DNA of 64,000 bases. It comes from an uncultured Sphingobacteriaceae bacterium. GTDB taxonomy: Bacteria > Bacteroidota > Bacteroidia > Sphingobacteriales > Sphingobacteriaceae. The stretch lies in NCBI GenBank assembly GCA_964436635.1, contig CAYTDM010000009.1:959-64958 (forward strand), read 5' to 3'. Under the pieces are notes generated by a model. It made no database searches, was not told the origin of the DNA, and saw nothing but the letters and a program-made list of their open reading frames with translations. The translations under genes and the position numbers were made by a program. This document shows positions 58,846 to 64,000 of this stretch, piece after piece (the first letter of the stretch is position 1; the number at the start of each line of letters is the position of its first letter).

Positions 58846-59991
58846 TTAATTAAACCAGGAGATTTTCTGCATTAGTTTATCCTGTAATTTCTTTTTGTAA
58901 TCGGTCGGATAGGTGGCGTTGCCTAAGAAGACCTCGGTGAGGCGTTCGGCTGCCATGCCGCCTAATCGCTCTACAAATAAGTTGCGCAGCCTACGATTTT
59001 CGTAAAAGAATTTAGCTAAACGTATCCCGATCGCTAATTCTGGCAACATTCGTGCATTCAGTTTTTCTTTGAATAGGGAGGTAGCTTTGTCCACATCTAA
59101 TTCGGATTCTACGATGGCTTCTGCGATTAATTTTCCACTTAAAAGTGCGTTAGATATGCCTTCTCCAACTATGGGGTCTGCGAATCCTGCGGCGTCCCCG
59201 ATTACAAAGCAATTGCCTTTTACGATTTCTTTTCTTGGGGTGATGGAAATGACAAAGCCGTGCGTGCTTTGATTCAGGCGTTCTGTTATGCCTAATTTTT
59301 CAATGTACTTCTCCGCGTAGTCTTTTAATTTTAATTTGGACTTGGTTTTGAAAACACCCACTCCGATAGAAAGGTGATTTTTCTTAGGAAAGCACCAGCC
59401 ATAACCGGATGGGATGGCATCTATATCAAATCGGACGCTTTGTTTTAGGCGATCAAAATCAGCTGGCGGAACTTCGATTTCATATTCAATAGCTGGTATG
59501 AGTTCACGATCGTCTTTGAAGCCGGCGATTTTTGAAACCGGACTTAATGCGCCGTCGGCAATGATGATGAATTTTGCCTCGATTACTTCTTCTTTGTTTG
59601 CGAAAGCTATGCAACCGTTTTCTATACGATTGACTTCAGCGGATTGGTACAGCTCTGCGCCGTGTTCAACTGCTTTTTTGATGATGGCATAATCGAAGGT
59701 ATCCCGCATGATCATGGTGATAATGGGCTCTTCACGCTTAGGGTGGAAGTGAGCGTCTTTGTTGTCAATGTAGATATCGACATCCGTAAAGGAAGATTCT
59801 ATGACCTCTTGTAGGTCGAAATCGATCATTTTAAGTCCTCTATAAACGAGGCCACCGCCACATACTTTATAACGCGGTAGGGTTTCTTTTTCAATGATAA
59901 GTACGGATTTACCTTGTTTGGCTAATTGATAGGCGGCGTATGCTCCAGCTGGTCCGCTGCCTATGATGGCTACATCTACGGTTCTTTTCAC
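58846..59991 (-). CDS. FAD-dependent oxidoreductase, geranylgeranyl reductase family
   Basis: DVAIIGSGPAGAYAA FAD fold, LPRYKVCGGG motif, GDAAGF motif. Confidence 0.85.
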   Translation of the reverse strand: MKRTVDVAIIGSGPAGAYAAYQLAKQGKSVLIIEKETLPRYKVCGGGLVYRGLKMIDFDLQEVIESSFTDVDIYIDNKDAHFHPKREEPIITMIMRDTFDYAIIKKAVEHGAELYQSAEVNRIENGCIAFANKEEVIEAKFIIIADGALSPVSKIAGFKDDRELIPAIEYEIEVPPADFDRLKQSVRFDIDAIPSGYGWCFPKKNHLSIGVGVFKTKSKLKLKDYAEKYIEKLGITERLNQSTHGFVISITPRKEIVKGNCFVIGDAAGFADPIVGEGISNALLSGKLIAEAIVESELDVDKATSLFKEKLNARMLPELAIGIRLAKFFYENRRLRNLFVERLGGMAAERLTEVFLGNATYPTDYKKKLQDKLMQKISWFN

Positions 59992-60032
59992 AAGTTTAAA
60001 TTTTGCCGCAAAATAAGAAAAAGTAGGGTAAC

Positions 60033-60488
60033 TTATCTCAATAAATTTTGAATATCATCAATATCTTTAGGGCGATTACTGTGCCTTTTGGCTATGATAA
60101 GTTGGTTTTTATGAATTGTTTTGATTGAAAGACCGTCATCATCAAATGTCACGGCATAATTATAGTTTTCATCAAAATCCATTCCTTTTACTTTCACCAT
60201 TATGTCAATCGCAACAGGAGGAACTCCAAATGTAAACACATCCCATACAGGATGATCAAGAAAATTTTCTTCTGTCATATCGAATATAGGCATTCCAAAT
60301 TCTCCAAATGCAGCTTTAAGACGTTTGTAGTTATCTTTACTCCGGTCCACCCATATATCCATATCTCCAGTGGTGCGTGAATAACCATGTAGAATGACCG
60401 CAAATCCTCCAACTAGAATATATCTTACTTGATGCTTATTTAGCATAAACAAGAAATCCCTAAAATCATCATTGAAAATATTGGCCAT
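60033..60488 (-). CDS. Minimal nucleotidyltransferase (MNT)-fold protein, unclassified
   Basis: 151 aa. GG...G-x-x-TGDMDIWV (a Gx..DxD pol-beta-type NTase motif) and a C-terminal RPKDIDDIQNL helix, like the AbiEii/MNT family tails as I recall them. The family assignment is tentative. Confidence 0.5.
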   Translation of the reverse strand: MANIFNDDFRDFLFMLNKHQVRYILVGGFAVILHGYSRTTGDMDIWVDRSKDNYKRLKAAFGEFGMPIFDMTEENFLDHPVWDVFTFGVPPVAIDIMVKVKGMDFDENYNYAVTFDDDGLSIKTIHKNQLIIAKRHSNRPKDIDDIQNLLR

Positions 60489-60491
60489 AAC

Positions 60492-60698
60492 TTAGTATTG
60501 TTGCTGACCAGCCTTAAATTTGGTTTTATCCATTTTTGGCGGATTGTTGTACGGATAATTATATGCCACACTATTCAGGTAGGCGGCTATTTTTAATCGT
60601 TCCTGCCAGGTTAATTTTGCATAATAAACAGCATGGTTGGCTGCTTCCTCTGCGGTTTGCGCTTTAAATGCCATTCGGTCTAATCGAAATGTATTCAT
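60492..60698 (-). CDS. Small hypothetical protein (68 aa), partner of the MNT-fold gene
   Basis: Its ATG lies 4 nt downstream of an exact -7 box, and its stop is 3 nt before the next gene's ATG. I recognised no motif. Confidence 0.45.
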   Translation of the reverse strand: MNTFRLDRMAFKAQTAEEAANHAVYYAKLTWQERLKIAAYLNSVAYNYPYNNPPKMDKTKFKAGQQQY

Positions 60699-60702
60699 TT
60701 TT

Positions 60703-60710
60703 CAAATTTA
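60703..60710 (-). promoter_or_regulatory. Bacteroidota -7 promoter box (TAAATTTG) 4 nt from the ATG; predicts a leaderless cassette mRNA
   Basis: Exact TAnnTTTG on the minus strand, then AAAA, then the ATG at 60698. Confidence 0.45.
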
Positions 60711-60808
60711 GTAAAATTAGGAGTTATTTCATTATATAATTCTTTGATATATGAATTGACTATATCATGTATATCTGAGGCCCCTGATAAATAAATTTTG
60801 AATGTAAT

Positions 60809-60947
60809 GGAGTGCTGCTCGCTGTGCTCGCAGCGATTTTGGGTGGGGGTGGCTTCAAAGCAAATTTAATTGAAGAAATATTTAAACTTTAAGTCGGCGG
60901 GAGTGCTACTCGCTTCGCTCGCAGGGATCCCGTGAAGGGGGTGGCTT

Positions 60948-60961
<14 letters not shown>
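60809..60961 (+). repeat. Two ~61-nt direct repeats (60809-60869 and 60900-60961), roughly 80% identical, each ending GGTGGCTTCAAAGCAAATTTAA
   Basis: Aligned by eye: GGAGTGCTGCTCGCTGTGCTCGCAGCG... versus GGAGTGCTACTCGCTTCGCTCGCAGGG.... The 3' 22 nt are identical. There is one 1-nt indel. The period is 91 bp. Confidence 0.7.
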
Positions 60962-61161
<200 letters not shown>

Positions 61162-61172
61162 GTTAAGGACTG

Positions 61173-61180
61173 CAAACCTA
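61173..61180 (-). promoter_or_regulatory. Bacteroidota -7 promoter box (TAGGTTTG) for tRNA-Ser
   Basis: Exact TAnnTTTG on the minus strand, ending 11 nt before the mature tRNA 5' end. Confidence 0.5.
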
Positions 61181-61264
61181 ATACAAAAAAATGATATTTA
61201 AAAAAATATTGGTTAATTTTCAGGTTAAATAAAACAACTAATTGGTAGTCAATAAGAAGTTTAT

Positions 61265-63370
61265 TTAATTATTTTTTGGTCCTTTCTTTACATCATAATC
61301 TATCCGAACATGGTAGATACTTTTTAACATGTCTTTAAACATTTCACTAATATCTGAGATGTCTCTTAAGGTGATGTTGGAGTGAACCAGTTGTTTTTGA
61401 TTCAGTTTGGATTCTATAATTTTATCTACGAGGTTGTTTATACTTTCTTCGTTCGGTTCTTTTAAACTTCGTGAAGCTGCTTCTACAGAATCGGCCATCA
61501 TTAACACGGCGGTTTCTCTGGAGAATGGAATGGGACCCGGGTAGTGGAAGGCTTCTTCGTCCACATATTGTTCTGGATAAGTGGATAAAAACGATTGGTA
61601 AAAGTATTCTACTCGTGTAGTTCCGTGGTGTGTACGGATAAAATCGATCAATACTTCTGGTAAGTTATGTTTTTTCGCGAGGTCAACGCCTTTCGTCACG
61701 TGCGATATGATTAATTGTGCACTTTGTTCGAAGCTCAAACCATCGTGTGGGTTATAGCCCTTGGTTTGATTCTCTATAAAAAACTGAGGATTGTAAATTT
61801 TTCCTATGTCGTGATACAAAGCTCCTGCACGCACTAATAATGCATTTCCACCTATCTTATAAATAGCCGCCTCAGCTAAATTAGCCACTTGTAATGTGTG
61901 CTGAAAGGTTCCTGGTGCTTTGAAGGACAAGTCACGGAGTAGGGGTGAGTTGGTGTTGGAAAGCTCTAATAAGGTCACGTCTGATACGATTCCAAAAACG
62001 CGTTCAAACGCATAAATAAGTGGATATGCTAATAAGGTTAATAATACGCTAAAAATAAAAGGTGAAATGTTGCTCCAATTTATATTCACAAATTGACCTT
62101 CTCGCATTAATACGATGGCTATATATCCTAATAAATACGTGGCTAAGATTAAGACCGAAGAGGTTAAAAACTGCTCTCGTTTGGTCAAGGAACGAACACT
62201 ATAAATAGCCACCATACCCGTGGTCATTTGCAAGAATACAAATTCAAAACTATTGGCCACAAAAAACGCGGCCAACAAAGTCATTAATAAATGTATATAT
62301 AAGGCTAAACGCGTGTCAAACAGAATCCTAATAATAATTGGAACGATGCAATAAGGAATGTAATAAAGATTTGGCACCCCAATATAAACCGCCCATGACA
62401 AGGTAACTAACATCGTCGTAATCACGATGAGAATCAAAAACACCAATCGATTATTCTTATATATATCTTTTCTAAACATATATATAAAAATAAACAGTAA
62501 ACTTACCACCAAAGACACGATTAAAAACTGCCCGAAAATGACTAAATTCTTATTTCCGCCAATTTTCGATTCTTCCTCGTACACCTTCCGCAAGGATTCA
62601 ATTTTTTGAAAGGTTTCAGCATTCACCGTACTGCCTTCAGCGATGATCAATTCTCCGCGTTGCACCATTCCTTTAGTAGGGGACAAGGAGCTTAATGCGT
62701 CTTCTTCGATCTGTTTGGTCAAAGCCTCGTTATACAAATAATTAATTTGTATATAATCCTTTAAAAGGTTCGAAAACCACACTTTTTCCTGAACGGCTCT
62801 TTGTGCAGACAGTGCCTTTTCTACAAAATTCCATGCCCGATCAATGGTAAAAACATTAACACTATTTAATTGTTTAGAAACGTTTCCAGAAACCAAATTA
62901 AAATTATAATCTACCCGGTCTTGCTGATACCGATTGTTCAGCGCCATCACTCCCTTTGTATATATATCATTCAGGATTTGTGTGCCAATGCGTTTATATT
63001 GATCAAAATTTCCACCCAAAGTATCCATGCCACCTGCGCGCCACTTCTCTTCTAATTCATTCGAAAAACGCTGTACATTTTGTTCTTGAATCACCGTTTG
63101 ATGATCATAAATAGGATTAATAGTACTTAAAATATTATTCCTATCGAAATCCAGTTCAGCAGCAGTTTTTAAGATGGCAAAATTATAGGGGGAAATCAAA
63201 TTTTCATGCATCCAAACCTTACCCTTTTCATATTCATAGCGAAAGCGTGGTTGCTTAGGCAAAAACAGGGTAATCACCACGATACTCATCAGGATCATGG
63301 TAAACTTCAACAGCACATGTTGGCGGTTTTGCGGGTGCAATTTATGTTTAATAGTAACTCTTTCTGACAT
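61265..63370 (-). CDS. 7TM receptor with intracellular HD/HDIG phosphohydrolase domain (PgpH-like cyclic-di-AMP phosphodiesterase family)
   Basis: 701 aa: an extracytoplasmic N-domain, a 7-TM block, then an HD domain (HTLQVANL...LYHDIGK...HH). Confidence 0.85.
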   Translation of the reverse strand: MSERVTIKHKLHPQNRQHVLLKFTMILMSIVVITLFLPKQPRFRYEYEKGKVWMHENLISPYNFAILKTAAELDFDRNNILSTINPIYDHQTVIQEQNVQRFSNELEEKWRAGGMDTLGGNFDQYKRIGTQILNDIYTKGVMALNNRYQQDRVDYNFNLVSGNVSKQLNSVNVFTIDRAWNFVEKALSAQRAVQEKVWFSNLLKDYIQINYLYNEALTKQIEEDALSSLSPTKGMVQRGELIIAEGSTVNAETFQKIESLRKVYEEESKIGGNKNLVIFGQFLIVSLVVSLLFIFIYMFRKDIYKNNRLVFLILIVITTMLVTLSWAVYIGVPNLYYIPYCIVPIIIRILFDTRLALYIHLLMTLLAAFFVANSFEFVFLQMTTGMVAIYSVRSLTKREQFLTSSVLILATYLLGYIAIVLMREGQFVNINWSNISPFIFSVLLTLLAYPLIYAFERVFGIVSDVTLLELSNTNSPLLRDLSFKAPGTFQHTLQVANLAEAAIYKIGGNALLVRAGALYHDIGKIYNPQFFIENQTKGYNPHDGLSFEQSAQLIISHVTKGVDLAKKHNLPEVLIDFIRTHHGTTRVEYFYQSFLSTYPEQYVDEEAFHYPGPIPFSRETAVLMMADSVEAASRSLKEPNEESINNLVDKIIESKLNQKQLVHSNITLRDISDISEMFKDMLKSIYHVRIDYDVKKGPKNN

Positions 63371-63377
63371 ACTCTTC

Positions 63378-63385
63378 CAAACGTA
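63378..63385 (-). promoter_or_regulatory. Bacteroidota -7 promoter box (TACGTTTG) for the 7TM-HD gene
   Basis: Exact TAnnTTTG on the minus strand, 7 nt upstream of the ATG at 63370. Confidence 0.4.
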
Positions 63386-63453
63386 CTAAGAAATTTTCAT
63401 TCCCGAAAACAGAAGTAACCAGGATTTTATAAGACAATTCCTTAAAAATTACC

Positions 63454-63461
63454 TAATTTTG
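63454..63461 (+). promoter_or_regulatory. Bacteroidota -7 promoter box (TAATTTTG) for rpe
   Basis: Exact TAnnTTTG 16 nt upstream of the ATG at 63478. Confidence 0.45.
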
Positions 63462-63477
63462 CTAAAAAAATAGATTT

Positions 63478-64000
63478 ATGTCACATTCTAAGCATTTAAT
63501 TGCACCCTCTGTTTTGGCTGCTGATTTTGGAAATTTAGCTGCAGATGTAGCTATGGTCAATGAAAGTCAAGCCGACTGGTTCCACATTGACATTATGGAT
63601 GGGGTTTTTGTACCCAATATCTCTTTTGGATTTCCGGTGATGGAAGCCATTGCGAAAGCGGCCAAAAAACCCTTAGATGTGCATTTAATGATCGTAGATC
63701 CAGATCGCTATTTACAACAATTTAAAAATGCAGGTGCGCATGTGATTACTGTCCATGAAGAAGCTTGTACCCATTTGCATAAAACCGTTCAAGCCATTCA
63801 CGCCTTAGATTGTAAAGCGGGTGTAGCCATCAACCCTCACACGCCGATTTCTAATTTATATGAAATCATTGAGTATGTTGATTTGGTGTGTATTATGTCG
63901 GTGAATCCGGGCTTCGGGGGCCAAAAATTCATTGAGAGCACGTACAGAAAAATACAAGAGTTAAGAAACATGGCAGCTGGCCGGAACGATCAATTATTAA
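63478..64000 (+). CDS. rpe: Ribulose-phosphate 3-epimerase, C-terminus cut by the window edge
   Basis: Translation reads MSHSKHLIAPSVLAADFGNLAADV...WFHIDIMDGVFVPNISFG...DVHLM...MSVNPGFGGQKF. It is not in the ORF track because it runs off the edge. Confidence 0.9.
   Translation, partial: MSHSKHLIAPSVLAADFGNLAADVAMVNESQADWFHIDIMDGVFVPNISFGFPVMEAIAKAAKKPLDVHLMIVDPDRYLQQFKNAGAHVITVHEEACTHLHKTVQAIHALDCKAGVAINPHTPISNLYEIIEYVDLVCIMSVNPGFGGQKFIESTYRKIQELRNMAAGRNDQLL

Overview
AT-rich chromosomal segment whose features point to a Bacteroidota genome: type III glutamine synthetase, CreD, a DUF3822-rsmD-coaD block, no Shine-Dalgarno signals, and many exact TAnnTTTG -7 promoter boxes. I call about 60 protein genes. 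Most are housekeeping or transport: pfkA (partial), a TetR-TolC-MFP-RND efflux operon, asnB, accD, glnA (GSIII), ribE, pstSCAB, metNIQ, gap, accA, coaD, rsmD, folA-thyA, mtaB and rpe (partial). There are three tRNAs (Phe-GAA, Val-GAC, Ser-GCU). I found no transposase, integrase, CRISPR array or rRNA, and no riboswitch-sized leader. No clear-cut novel system is visible. The candidates worth follow-up are listed here. (1) An ATP-cone::PD-(D/E)xK nuclease gene sits 10 nt upstream of a LOG-family gene (9156-10740). (2) A 25-bp x ~7.5 tandem array fills the whole spacer between a winged-helix regulator and creD (21507-21705). (3) A 27-bp in-frame tandem triplication of the His-rich 3' end of slyD has stop/Leu alternation (23225-23305). 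(4) A MarR-FNR-ferredoxin-NDH2-thioredoxin-domain redox cluster has no obvious electron acceptor enzyme. (5) A small MNT-fold nucleotidyltransferase plus 68-aa partner cassette lies between tRNA loci, next to paired ~60-bp direct repeats and a 126-bp composite palindrome that reuses the tRNA-Ser trailer (60033-61074). (6) tRNA-Val has an apparent C at position 33. Several ORF-track starts were shortened where a -7 box or a neighbouring stop codon argues for a downstream ATG. All product calls come from reading motifs by eye. No database search was run.
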